DNA of 64,000 nt, taken from NCBI GenBank assembly GCA_040770465.1, contig JAXGJB010000006.1, forward strand, positions 32,822 to 96,821, given 5' to 3'. The translations under genes were made by a program, and so were the position numbers. The stretch comes from Methanothrix sp. Lineage in GTDB: Archaea; Halobacteriota; Methanosarcinia; Methanotrichales; Methanotrichaceae. The notes under the pieces are model-generated. The model searched no databases, was not told the DNA's origin, and was given only the letters and a program-made list of their open reading frames with translations. This document shows positions 9,223-18,236 of the stretch, piece by piece (position 1 is the stretch's first letter; the number at the start of each line of letters is the position of its first letter).

Positions 9223-9564
9223 TTGCCGACGATAATGGACCAGAGAACTGAGCCGGGCTCTGAACCGACTTCTGAACCGACCTCTGAAAGAGACGAAAAA
9301 AAGAACGGGCTCCAGGAAGAGCACTCATTGAGCTTTTCCGAAGCCGCCGCCTTCCTGCGGGAGCTGGCAGATGTCATGGAGAGGGGGGGCGATATCAAGA
9401 TGGCCATCTCCCAACAACAGATCCAGATCATCCCCGACGAGCCCGTCACCCTGGAGATCAGCTACAGGGAAGACCCCAAGAAGAAAAAGATGGAGGTCGA
9501 GCTGGAGATCAAAGAGCACTTCGGCAAGGCGGCCTCAGGGGCGGGACGGCCTCGATTGGAATAG
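9223..9564 (+). CDS. Amphi-Trp-like domain protein
   Basis: SFSEAAAFLRELAD...VTLEISY...MEVELE pattern; GAGGTG RBS; EPTS repeats at the N-terminus. Confidence 0.7.
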   Translation: MPTIMDQRTEPGSEPTSEPTSERDEKKNGLQEEHSLSFSEAAAFLRELADVMERGGDIKMAISQQQIQIIPDEPVTLEISYREDPKKKKMEVELEIKEHFGKAASGAGRPRLE

Positions 9565-9656
9565 CCAGCTGATACCAGGCGGCAGGGGACCGGGCAAACC
9601 CAACTCCTCCCCCCGCTTCCCTTAACGCCATTTACACGATTTTCAACCCCCTTAAC

Positions 9657-10415
9657 ATGTCAAGATCGATCAAGCTCATCGACGTCGCCCCCACATTGGC
9701 CCGGGTCCTGGGGGTGAAAACCCCTCCAGTCGATGGGCATCCAATCGACGAGGTGGAGGGATGGGGGTGCGACAGAGCCGTACTGGCCATCGTCGATAGC
9801 CTTGGCTACGGTCTCTATCGAGCGCTGGAGAGCGACCTCCCTAATATGCGGTCGATGACAAGAGAGGGGCTCCTCCTGAAGGCCGAGTGCGTTGCGCCGT
9901 CCACCACCCCCGCCATCGCCTCGATCCTAACAGGCCTTCTGCCCCAAAACCACGGAATCAGCAACACCAGCCAGGCTTCCGAGTCGGAGATAAGAAGCCT
10001 TCTTGAATGGGCGAGCTCCGAGAACCTCCGATCGGCGGTGGTGATGGAGGTGGAGGGCGCACGAACCTTCGAAGGGTTCGTGAAGACGGTGATGGGGGTC
10101 CCCAAAAGCCTCGGGATCCGGGATTTCGATCGAGAGATCCTGGCCCGATCGCTGGAGGCCCTCGATACGGACCCGAAGCTCCTCGTCGCCCACTTCGTCG
10201 GGATCGACCGGATCGCGCATCGTGGAGGAGGGATCGATGAGATCCGGGAGGCGGCGTCCGCCATCGATGGTCATCTCGGAGATCTGATCGCCGCAATCCC
10301 CGAAGATTGTATGATGATAGTCTGTGGAGATCATCCTCTCCACGCCGGAAAGCTGAAAGGGGTCTTCGACTCGAAGTACGTGGCATTGATAATCTGGAAG
10401 AAGGGATACGGCTGA
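9657..10415 (+). CDS. Alkaline phosphatase superfamily metalloenzyme
   Basis: IVDSLG, PSTTPAIASILTG, IDRIAH, CGDH metal-ligand motifs. Confidence 0.8.
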   Translation: MSRSIKLIDVAPTLARVLGVKTPPVDGHPIDEVEGWGCDRAVLAIVDSLGYGLYRALESDLPNMRSMTREGLLLKAECVAPSTTPAIASILTGLLPQNHGISNTSQASESEIRSLLEWASSENLRSAVVMEVEGARTFEGFVKTVMGVPKSLGIRDFDREILARSLEALDTDPKLLVAHFVGIDRIAHRGGGIDEIREAASAIDGHLGDLIAAIPEDCMMIVCGDHPLHAGKLKGVFDSKYVALIIWKKGYG

Positions 10416-10600
10416 GGACCCGCTTATCGGAGGCGGCTATTTGAGGCTGTCTATTGGGATCTGTTTATTTGAGGCTGTCAGGAGGTCGTTCCTGGACGGT
10501 GCGTCCGCTCTGGCCATCTGCCGGGGTATTTCTCCATCAGAACGTCCGGCTTTGGGCGCGCGACAGATTTAAATGGGTTCTCGGCTGCCTTAGATCATAC

Positions 10601-10723
10601 ATGTACGAAGACTTATCCGAGATCTACCAGGCCGCTTTGGAGGATGAGCGGAAGCGCAAGTATATGAAAGAGATCGGCGACTGGCTGGTGGAGGAGTACT
10701 TCGAACCCTATCAGGCATCTTGA
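10601..10723 (+). CDS. 40-aa hypothetical microprotein
   Basis: MYEDLSEIYQAALEDERKRKYMKEIGDWLVEEYFEPYQAS*; ATTTAAAT about 30 nt upstream; GC-rich third positions. Confidence 0.5.
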   Translation: MYEDLSEIYQAALEDERKRKYMKEIGDWLVEEYFEPYQAS

Positions 10724-10727
10724 TTTC

Positions 10728-10907
10728 ATGGAACTTATGGGCATCTGCAGCATCTGCGGCGGGACGGGCAAGCTTTTTACGTGCCATCTTTGCGGGAGGA
10801 TCGTATGCGCGCGATGCTTCGACCCCGGCACAGGGGCCTGCCGCCAATGCAGTGGCGGCAGGAGATCCGGAGACCTATCCAAAAGGCCCTTCACAAGCGA
10901 CCTTTGA
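10728..10907 (+). CDS. 59-aa zinc-finger microprotein with four CxxC (not in ORF track)
   Basis: Manual translation MELMGICSICGGTGKLFTCHLCGRIVCARCFDPGTGACRQCSGGRRSGDLSKRPFTSDL*. Confidence 0.8.
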   Translation: MELMGICSICGGTGKLFTCHLCGRIVCARCFDPGTGACRQCSGGRRSGDLSKRPFTSDL

Positions 10908-11200
10908 GGCCGCAGAAATCTGGAATTTGAGCTCCAGAAAAAACACCCATTCTTTTTCGAAGGCCGCATTGATCGGAAATATTTTAGGTCCCTGGCCATT
11001 TTCCCGAAGATTATGGTGAAATTTTTCAGTTTTTCCCGCCATGGTCTGTCCGATAAACATGAATTTTCTGATATTTGGATTGATTAAATCCAAAACCTAT
11101 TTAGAGCTATGTGAACATGATTAAACCAGCTATTTAGACCTAAATCTAGAATTAAACCGTATTTATGGGATTTAACATGGCTACTACACTTCCCTACACT

Positions 11201-11217
11201 CAGAAAAGTTTATATAC
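11201..11217 (+). promoter_or_regulatory. BRE/TATA-like promoter
   Basis: CAGAAAAG-TTTATATA matches the archaeal BRE+TATA consensus. Confidence 0.7.
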
Positions 11218-11234
11218 CAATATAACACAAGGGA

Positions 11235-11690
11235 TTGTGGTAGAAGCAAATTCGCATCCTGCCTGATCACACAGCAATGAAGGGGGGACCTTTGCTTTGA
11301 AGGGGGCAGAGGTTCTTCATTGGTAGGGGAAGTGAAGGGGAGGCAGGATCGCGATTTCCATCTGCCTTTGGAGCGACTTCGGGATTCTTCCCGGGGCTCC
11401 AAGTTCATATTTAGGTACGCAGCAGGTAAGGGAGATAGCAATGAAGGGGGGCGGGCGGATCGGGATGGAGCTTCCGAGACGGCTCTTCCTGTTTCGCCCT
11501 TCATCACTCGACGATTAATATCATCGAATTAAGGGCATAAATGAAGGGGGGTGGCGGATCAGGAGCTTGATTTCTTCCTGATTCGCCGATATCTATTCCC
11601 TCGATCTGGATGTCGGGCTTCTTCATCTCCATTATCACCCATATGGCGGGCGTCGGTTCCGTCTGCAGAGGTCCCTGAGGACAAGAGGTG
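11235..11690 (+). ncRNA. Candidate structured RNA or long 5' leader with four repeated RTGAAG-Gn...TTCAT modules
   Basis: Motif at 11277, 11332, 11441, 11541, each closed by (C)TTCAT and enclosing G-U-rich hairpins; no convincing ORF. Confidence 0.55.
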
Positions 11691-11696
11691 GCTTGA

Positions 11697-12146
11697 ATGA
11701 AGGTCAAGATCGAGATCGAAGATGAGGGGATGAGGTCCACTCACGTATTTGAGGGCGTCATCATAAGAGAGAAGATCCTCGATTTCTTGGCCGCAGCCGG
11801 CGTCTTTTCAGAGGTTTCGGGCGAGCCCGTTGGGGATAACTTGCAGAAATCTGATAACAGTCGGACCCTCAGAGATCGGTTGGAGATCTTCGTGAGGGAG
11901 GAGTTCCCAGACTCCTGGTTCTCCTCAAACGAGCTCAGAGACCAATACGAGACCGTATCCGACGACATAAAGCTCAGCACAGTATCGACGTACCTTTCTC
12001 GAATGTATTACGACGGCGTCCTCGAACGTCGCGGCAACAGAAACCAGAGGCAGTACCGCCTGGTGACCGAAGAGTTCACCTCTGAGGTCAAGTATCCGGG
12101 CACCGTCTTCAAAGAATCCTCGTGGAAGGCGGAGAGCGGCTTGTAG
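11697..12146 (+). CDS. Winged-helix domain protein of unknown function
   Basis: WFSSNELRDQYE...IKLSTVSTYLSRM..GVLERRG..RQYRL wHTH pattern; GAGGTG RBS. Confidence 0.8.
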   Translation: MKVKIEIEDEGMRSTHVFEGVIIREKILDFLAAAGVFSEVSGEPVGDNLQKSDNSRTLRDRLEIFVREEFPDSWFSSNELRDQYETVSDDIKLSTVSTYLSRMYYDGVLERRGNRNQRQYRLVTEEFTSEVKYPGTVFKESSWKAESGL

Positions 12147-12471
12147 GCCGGAAACCGCGCTCATCCCCAGCCGCTCCTCTTCTTTCGCGCTCGTCGCGGC
12201 CAATACGCCCATCTCAGCCGACACCGCGGACGCGGGGTGGAGACCTACGGATCCACCGGCCGGTTGGAAAGCTCCGGCAGTCATCTTCCGTCGACCATAT
12301 CGGCGCGAAGACGAAAGATACGATACGCGGAAAAATAGAAGATCGGCAGAAGCAAAAGGGACGAAGACGGTTCAAAAATTCGTTTTGGACCGTACCCCTC
12401 GTCACTTTTTCTTCTTCGCCCCGGCTCCTTCAACGATCTCGACCTGCTCTTCGACAACCCCGGGAACCTTC

Positions 12472-13392
12472 TTATTTCTCAAACTGCTGCTGGACGTCGC
12501 ATCCGAGCTTACCTATGGCGTCGGACCTGCACTGTCTGCAGTGCCTCATCTGCTTCATTATCGTGGCCAGCTCATCCTGAACCGCCCTCTTCTGGGCCGG
12601 CGTCGGCGGCGAGAGGTGGGAGAACCGATACTGGGGGATGAGGGGCATAACGTTCTGGATGTAGACCCCGAGCTTCTTTATCGTCCTCGCGATCTCCATC
12701 ACGTGGTCGTCGTTTATGGTGGGGATGAGGACGGTGTTCACCTTGACGATCATCTTCCTCTTCACCGCCTCAGCGAGGCCCTCAAGCTGGTGGTCGAGGA
12801 GGATCTCGGCGGCCTCAAGGCCTGTGTACTTCTTCCCCTCGTAGGTGACGTACTCGTAGATCTCTTTGCCGATGTTGGGGTCGACGGCGTTGAGGGTCAC
12901 TGTGACGTTGCTGATTCCGAGGCTGTCGAGCCGGTCGATCTCGTCGGGTAGGAGGAGGCCGTTGGTGCTGATGCAGAGGATGAGGTTAGGGTACTTCTCG
13001 CCGACGAGCCGGAAGGTCTCGAAGGTCGGCTCGTTGAAGAGAGGCTCGCCGGGACCCGCCACCGCCACCACCTTGATGTAGTGGAGCTTCTCCATCACCT
13101 CGTCGACCCGCTGGAGGGCCTCCTCGGGGCTCAAGACCTGGCTTGTCACCCCGGGCCTGCACTCGTTTACGCAGTCGAAGTCCCGGATGCAGTAGTTGCA
13201 CTGGATGTTGCATCTCGGAGCGACGGCAAGGTGCATCCTGCCGAACCGGTGGCAGGCCTTCTCGCTGAAGCAGGGGTGCTCCTGGATCCTCCTCAGCTGC
13301 TCCGGGTCCCAGGGAACCTCCTGGTCGCCGACCTTGGCGGTGGGATAGGCATTCTCGCTCATGATCACGAACTCCAGAGACCTCTTCGGCAT
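12472..13392 (-). CDS. nifB: NifB-like radical SAM protein (short archaeal form)
   Basis: HPCFS..RMHLAVAPRCNIQCNYC, ECRPG, AGPGEPL, C-terminal HCRQCRSDA. Confidence 0.85.
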   Translation of the reverse strand: MPKRSLEFVIMSENAYPTAKVGDQEVPWDPEQLRRIQEHPCFSEKACHRFGRMHLAVAPRCNIQCNYCIRDFDCVNECRPGVTSQVLSPEEALQRVDEVMEKLHYIKVVAVAGPGEPLFNEPTFETFRLVGEKYPNLILCISTNGLLLPDEIDRLDSLGISNVTVTLNAVDPNIGKEIYEYVTYEGKKYTGLEAAEILLDHQLEGLAEAVKRKMIVKVNTVLIPTINDDHVMEIARTIKKLGVYIQNVMPLIPQYRFSHLSPPTPAQKRAVQDELATIMKQMRHCRQCRSDAIGKLGCDVQQQFEK

Positions 13393-13549
13393 TTCTTCTC
13401 TAAAAGGCTATCTCAAACCCTTCTCAAGGATTGCGTCGGCGATGAAGCTCTTAAAGCCGGCCGGTCCGAGGAAGTTTTGAGACCATCGAGCTCTTCGCCA
13501 TCCCGAAAGGGCCAAAAATCTTATCCAGCAGTGGAACGTGGGGGTCATC

Positions 13550-13837
13550 ATGTCCGGCAAAGACGGCCGATGGGTGATCTGGCCAGCCTACATCGACGCC
13601 GAGAAGTCCAGAAGCCAGGGGAGGGCGGTCTCAAAGCGCGACGCCGTAGAGAAGCCCACCGTCGACGAGATCCTGGTGGCGGCATTGCAGATGGGCCTGA
13701 AGGCAGAGGTCGAGAAGGATAAGCATTACCCTAAAGAGTGGTGGGAGAAGCCCGGCAGGGTCATGGTATCAAAGAAGGGACCAAAGACGGCCCTGGTGAA
13801 AGAGATCGCGATCAGGATCAGACGGCGACGGGGATGA
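13550..13837 (+). CDS. srp19: Signal recognition particle protein SRP19
   Basis: VIWPAYIDAEKSRSQGR, KHYPKEWWE..GRV. Confidence 0.93.
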   Translation: MSGKDGRWVIWPAYIDAEKSRSQGRAVSKRDAVEKPTVDEILVAALQMGLKAEVEKDKHYPKEWWEKPGRVMVSKKGPKTALVKEIAIRIRRRRG

Positions 13838-13944
13838 AGAGCTGAACCCTACAGTCCCCAGGTATGCGTTCCCAGGTTAGGCGTTCCCAGGCTCGAAGAT
13901 CGTCCTGTTCGGTCTACATCTCAAGATGGGCCGCGAGCAGGTCG

Positions 13945-14238
13945 TCAACGGTCCTGGAGGGTCTCCACCTCTTCTACGATCTCTTTTCCGGCCACAACCT
14001 CGTCGATGCTGTGGATCACGCCGCCGAAGTCCTCTATCACCGACTCCACGGCCAGGTAATCGATCTTATCTCCCTTGATGGTGATCTTGATAGTCTCGGT
14101 CTGCTGATCCACCTCGGAGAGGCTCAAGTTTACCCCAGTTATTCCGCCGAGCTTGCTCAGAGCCTCGGCGAGCTCCAAAATTGTGGGGACATGGGGCTTC
14201 AATACGTCAAGTACCAAACGTCTGATGGCGGTGGTCAT
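13945..14238 (-). CDS. DUF211 family protein
   Basis: [12 protein letters not shown]...[10 protein letters not shown] signature. Confidence 0.85.
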   Translation of the reverse strand: MTTAIRRLVLDVLKPHVPTILELAEALSKLGGITGVNLSLSEVDQQTETIKITIKGDKIDYLAVESVIEDFGGVIHSIDEVVAGKEIVEEVETLQDR

Positions 14239-14315
14239 CGAAAACTCCCGGTATGATATTGGGCGGATTTTGGTTTGAGGCAATACTTAATAATGTTTGT
14301 GATTCAGGCGAACCT

Positions 14316-14951
14316 ATGATCGACCTTCACACTCACACAGTCTTCAGCGACGGCGAGCTGATCCCAAGCGAGCTGGTCCGCAGGGCAGAGACGATTGGGT
14401 GCCGGGCCCTGGGGATCGCAGATCACGTCGACTTCACCAACGTCGAGTTCGTCATCGATCACGTATCGAAGGTGAAGGAGCTGGAGGAGGTCCTGGATAT
14501 GAGGATCCTAGCCGGCGTCGAGCTGACCCACGTCCCCCCGGCGAAGATGGAGAAGCTGGCGACTCTTGCCCGGAGGCTCGGAGCGGACCTGATCGTGGTC
14601 CACGGCGAGACCCCCGTCGAGCCGGTGGCTGCCGGCACCAACCGGAAGGGCCTGGAGATCGGAGCCGATATCCTGGCCCACCCCGGCTTCCTGACCCCCG
14701 AGGAGGCGGATCTGGCCAGGGATAACGGCGTCTGCCTGGAGCTGACCGCCCGGCGCGGCCACAACATCACCAACGGCCACGTGGCGAGGCTGGCCCTTGA
14801 GGCGGGAGCAAAGCTGGTCGTCGACACCGACGCCCACGCCCCCGAGGACCTCATCGATCGCGAGAGGGCGATCGAGATCGCCAGGGGCGCGGGGCTGACC
14901 CTCGATCAGGCGACGGCTGTGGTCGAAAAGCACGCCATAATCGACATCTGA
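14316..14951 (+). CDS. PHP-domain phosphoesterase (histidinol-phosphatase-like)
   Basis: DLHTHT, ADH, HGET, AHPG, DTDAH motifs. Confidence 0.88.
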   Translation: MIDLHTHTVFSDGELIPSELVRRAETIGCRALGIADHVDFTNVEFVIDHVSKVKELEEVLDMRILAGVELTHVPPAKMEKLATLARRLGADLIVVHGETPVEPVAAGTNRKGLEIGADILAHPGFLTPEEADLARDNGVCLELTARRGHNITNGHVARLALEAGAKLVVDTDAHAPEDLIDRERAIEIARGAGLTLDQATAVVEKHAIIDI

Positions 14952-14981
14952 AGACGATCGATCCGGCGAAGAGATGATAAC

Positions 14982-15377
14982 TTGGACGTGGTGGCGGTCG
15001 ACATCTCGGGAAGGCACGCGGTGGGCGGAAGGTACATCATGGTCTCAGCCTCGGTGGCGGCGAGGATAACCCCGGAGGGGATCGAGAAGACGAGGAGGAT
15101 GAGGCTCGTCCCCCTGGTGGCTGAGTCGGTGGATATGGAGGTTGTGATCGGCCTCATCGAGGAGTCGGTCCGGGGGCTATCCGGCGTCGTTCTGGCCGAG
15201 AAGGGGGACCTCTACAACCTGGAAAGGTGGCGGGCCGAGAGCATCCTGGGCCGGGAGTTCAAGTACCCCGAGTCCCGGGGGGAGAGGAGGGCGATGGAGC
15301 TCGCCCACCACGCCTCTTTTGCCGGCCGGAGGCTGTTTTTGAGGCTCTTGGGGGAGGGGCTTGGCGAGGAGGCGTGA
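14982..15377 (+). CDS. Conserved archaeal hypothetical protein (DUF2209-like)
   Basis: VAVDISGRH...YIMVSA...ERRAMELAHH. Confidence 0.7.
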   Translation: MDVVAVDISGRHAVGGRYIMVSASVAARITPEGIEKTRRMRLVPLVAESVDMEVVIGLIEESVRGLSGVVLAEKGDLYNLERWRAESILGREFKYPESRGERRAMELAHHASFAGRRLFLRLLGEGLGEEA

Positions 15378-15397
15378 AAGATGACGGCAGGGGGAGG

Positions 15398-16780
15398 ATG
15401 AAGGGGGAGAAGACTGCGGTCCTCCTCTTCCGGGAGGACCCAAAGGAAGAGCCCCACCCGGAGAAGATGGAGGAGCTCCGGGGGCTCGCCGAGGCCGCAG
15501 GCTATCGGGTCCTCGCCGAGATCTCTCAGCGGAGGGGTAGAGACCGGAGGTTTCAGCTCGGTCGGGGCAAGATCGTCGAGGCCGCATCTCTCTTGCCCGA
15601 GAAGCTGATCTTCAACGAACCCCTCAGCCCCGGCCAGATCTTCAACATCGGAAAGGAGTTTGAAGTTGTTGCCATGGACAGGTTCAACCTGATCCTGGAG
15701 ATCTTCGCGTCCCGGGCCTCAACGAGGGAGGCGAAGCTCCAGGTGGAGCTCGCTCGCCTCTCCTACGAGGCGCCCTTCGTCCGGACGATCGAGTCTCTAA
15801 ACAAGCTGAGCGAGCGGCCCGGCTACCGGGGATCGGGAAGCTACGACGTCTCGATGTACCGGGACATCAAGGGGAGGATGGCGAAGATCAGGGCCGAGCT
15901 TAAGGCGGTGGAGGAGACTGGCGAAAGGAGGCGGGAGAGGAGGCGGGAGCTCGGCTTCGACCTCGTCGCCCTAGCCGGCTACACCAACGCCGGGAAGAGC
16001 ACCCTCTTCAATCGCCTCGCCGAGGAGACGGTCGCAGCGAAAGATCAGCCTTTCACAACCCTCTCGCCCACGACCCGGGCGGTGGCCGCGGGCGATCGAC
16101 GATTCCTCCTCACCGACACGGTGGGGTTCATCGACGATCTCCCCCTCTTTCTGATCAAGGCCTTCCGGTCGACCCTGGCGGAGATCGTCGAGGCGGATCT
16201 CGTCCTTCTGGTGGTGGATCTATCCGATCCGCCGGAGCTATTGAGGGAGAGGGTCGCGTCCTGCCACGAGGCTCTCTGGGACTGTGGCTGCTACGCCCCC
16301 ATCGTCTCGGTCCTGAACAAGGTGGACCGGATCGGGCCCGAGGCGGCAAAGGAGAGATGCGAGCTCCTGAAAGACCTCGCCCCCAGCCCCGTTTTCATCT
16401 CCGCCATGGAGGGGCTGGGACTGGACCAGCTCATCGACGCCATCCTGGAGAAGCTTCCGCCCCTCGAAGAGTTTCTCGTCCGCCTCCCCTCGTCGGAGGC
16501 GGGAATGGCGCAGCTCTCGCGGCTCTACGATGTGGCAGAGCCGGAGGAGGTGAAGTACGGCGAAGAGATCGAGGTTCTCCTGAGGGGGAGGCGGGAGATC
16601 GTGGCTCGGGCCCTGAAGGGCGCCGAGAGGGCGAGGCCCCAGCCGGAGCCCGGACCGGAAACGGAGCCTGAGCCCAAACCGGAACCTGAGCCCGTTCCCG
16701 AATCTGAGCCCGAGCCGGAACCTGAAACTGAGCCGGAACCTGATCCGGGGCCGGAGCCATCGCCTCTGGCGGAGGGGTGA
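15398..16780 (+). CDS. hflX: GTPase HflX with Pro-Glu tail
   Basis: EAKLQVELA, GYTNAGKST, DTVGFI, NKVD; GGAGG RBS before ATG 15398. Confidence 0.93.
   Translation: MKGEKTAVLLFREDPKEEPHPEKMEELRGLAEAAGYRVLAEISQRRGRDRRFQLGRGKIVEAASLLPEKLIFNEPLSPGQIFNIGKEFEVVAMDRFNLILEIFASRASTREAKLQVELARLSYEAPFVRTIESLNKLSERPGYRGSGSYDVSMYRDIKGRMAKIRAELKAVEETGERRRERRRELGFDLVALAGYTNAGKSTLFNRLAEETVAAKDQPFTTLSPTTRAVAAGDRRFLLTDTVGFIDDLPLFLIKAFRSTLAEIVEADLVLLVVDLSDPPELLRERVASCHEALWDCGCYAPIVSVLNKVDRIGPEAAKERCELLKDLAPSPVFISAMEGLGLDQLIDAILEKLPPLEEFLVRLPSSEAGMAQLSRLYDVAEPEEVKYGEEIEVLLRGRREIVARALKGAERARPQPEPGPETEPEPKPEPEPVPESEPEPEPETEPEPDPGPEPSPLAEG
16638..16758 (+). repeat. Hexamer-based tandem repeat encoding (PE)n
   Basis: CCGGAG/CCTGAG/CCGGAA units. 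Confidence 0.85.
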
Positions 16781-16783
16781 CCG

Positions 16784-17503
16784 GTGGATCTCATCAGGGA
16801 GAGGTTCAGGCTGAAGGAGACGATCGTCACCATCACGGCTCAGGATGAGGGTCACGTCGATGCGGCCAAAGAGGAGATCGCGAAACGAAGGGCTCATCTG
16901 GAGGAGTTCATCAGAGCCGACCCGTTCTTCCTCGTCACCCTGGAGCCCTACGACCGCCCCATCGACGCTGCCCCCCTGATCGTCAGGGAGATGGTGAGGG
17001 CTGGCGCAGCCGTTGGGATCGGCCCCATGAGCAGCGTCGCCGGCACCATCGCGAGGTTCGCCCTGGGGGCGATGATCGAGGCCGGGGCGACCCACGCCAT
17101 CGTCGACAACGGCGGGGACGTCGCCCTCGTCTCCGACCGGCCCGTTTTGATGGGGATCTACGCCGGCACCTCGCCCCTGAAAAACCTCGCCCTCTCGATC
17201 CCGCCCCGAGCGAAGCCGCTGGGCATCTGCACCAGCAGCGGGACCGTCGGCCCCTCCATCAGCTTCGGGTTCGCCGACGCCGCCGTCGTCGTCTCCGATG
17301 ACGTCTCTCTCGCGGACGCCGCGGCGACGGCCCTCGGGAACGCCGTCGGATTGGCATCACCACTGGCCGACTCCTTCGGGGCGGTGGCGGTCACGGGGGT
17401 CGCTGGAGCCCTTGTCATCAGAGGGGAGGAGATGGCGCTCTGGGGGGAGCTTCCCCCGATCCGGAGGGCGAGCCTCCGGCCCGAGCTGATCACCAGGGCT
17501 TAA
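16784..17503 (+). CDS. UPF0280 family (ApbE-like) protein
   Basis: GPMSSVAG, DNGGD, GICTSSGTVGPSISFG.ADA. Confidence 0.88.
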   Translation: MDLIRERFRLKETIVTITAQDEGHVDAAKEEIAKRRAHLEEFIRADPFFLVTLEPYDRPIDAAPLIVREMVRAGAAVGIGPMSSVAGTIARFALGAMIEAGATHAIVDNGGDVALVSDRPVLMGIYAGTSPLKNLALSIPPRAKPLGICTSSGTVGPSISFGFADAAVVVSDDVSLADAAATALGNAVGLASPLADSFGAVAVTGVAGALVIRGEEMALWGELPPIRRASLRPELITRA

Positions 17504-18030
17504 GTCTTAAAAGAAATATTGACTGTCTCCACCGGGCCGGGTGACGGGACCTCCAATCCCGAAATGAACGGGAGGGGATGGCTGGAGGCGAGGGTGCAGA
17601 TCGTACGTTCTCGGACTTCTTCGAATTCATCCAGAATATAGTACACTTCGACTCCAGACTTCCTGGCACTATCAACCTGATGTTTGTCGTTTGAGACGAG
17701 AAAAGCTTCTTCAAGCTTTGCAGCAGCTACGTAAAAAGAATCGATCGCCCGTGATCCGGTCAGAACGGCGACACCATAGGCCATATCAAAAAGTTCTGAC
17801 GCGTCGATGAAGTTCATGCCTGAGAAGATCTCCTCAGCCAGAGCGGTCGCCTCTTCCTTCTTTAGCCTTCTGACGAGCTGGCCGATCATCTCAATCTTGA
17901 ATGCGTCAGGCTCGAAGATCGGAACGCCATTTTCCTCGATCAAGTTGAAGAGGCCGTCGGCGATGGCGGTCCTATCGCAGCGATAATCGAAGATCAGATC
18001 CAGGAATACGGATGCATCGACGACGATCAT
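17500..18030 (-). CDS. PIN-domain (VapC-like) toxin
   Basis: IVVDASV, E, RAIDSFYVAAA, LVSND acidic PIN residues. Confidence 0.88.
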   Translation of the reverse strand: MIVVDASVFLDLIFDYRCDRTAIADGLFNLIEENGVPIFEPDAFKIEMIGQLVRRLKKEEATALAEEIFSGMNFIDASELFDMAYGVAVLTGSRAIDSFYVAAAKLEEAFLVSNDKHQVDSARKSGVEVYYILDEFEEVRERTICTLASSHPLPFISGLEVPSPGPVETVNISFKT

Positions 18031-18236
18031 CGTCTCTCCTCGACGAACTCTTTGAGAAGGTCCTCGTCGACCTTCCTCCTGTGCCTCCTTGCAGCCTCCA
18101 GGATCCCTCCCGGCTTTATCACCACGATGGCCTCGGTCCCCTCCTTCAGCTTCACATCTGAGAGCGGCCTGAAGACTCCCCTCTCATAGACGACCTCGAT
18201 CTTCTTATCGGCCTTTGCGGTGTAAACTGCGCCCAT
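18027..18236 (-). CDS. DUF104/AF2212-like antitoxin
   Basis: IEVVYERGVFRPL...LKEG; overlaps the PIN start (ATGA). Confidence 0.85.
   Translation of the reverse strand: MGAVYTAKADKKIEVVYERGVFRPLSDVKLKEGTEAIVVIKPGGILEAARRHRRKVDEDLLKEFVEERR

Noticed and set aside
11275-11626. CRISPR array
   Set aside because: The shared motif is only ~10 nt, spacing is irregular (about 55-110 nt), and no cas genes are in the window
10960-11640. Replication origin (AT-rich tract plus G-string repeats resembling ORB tails)
   Set aside because: The TTCCAGTGGAAA-like ORB core is absent, all copies are on one side of the AT-rich tract in one orientation, and no orc1/cdc6 is adjacent. Not fully excluded without GC-skew or marker-frequency data.
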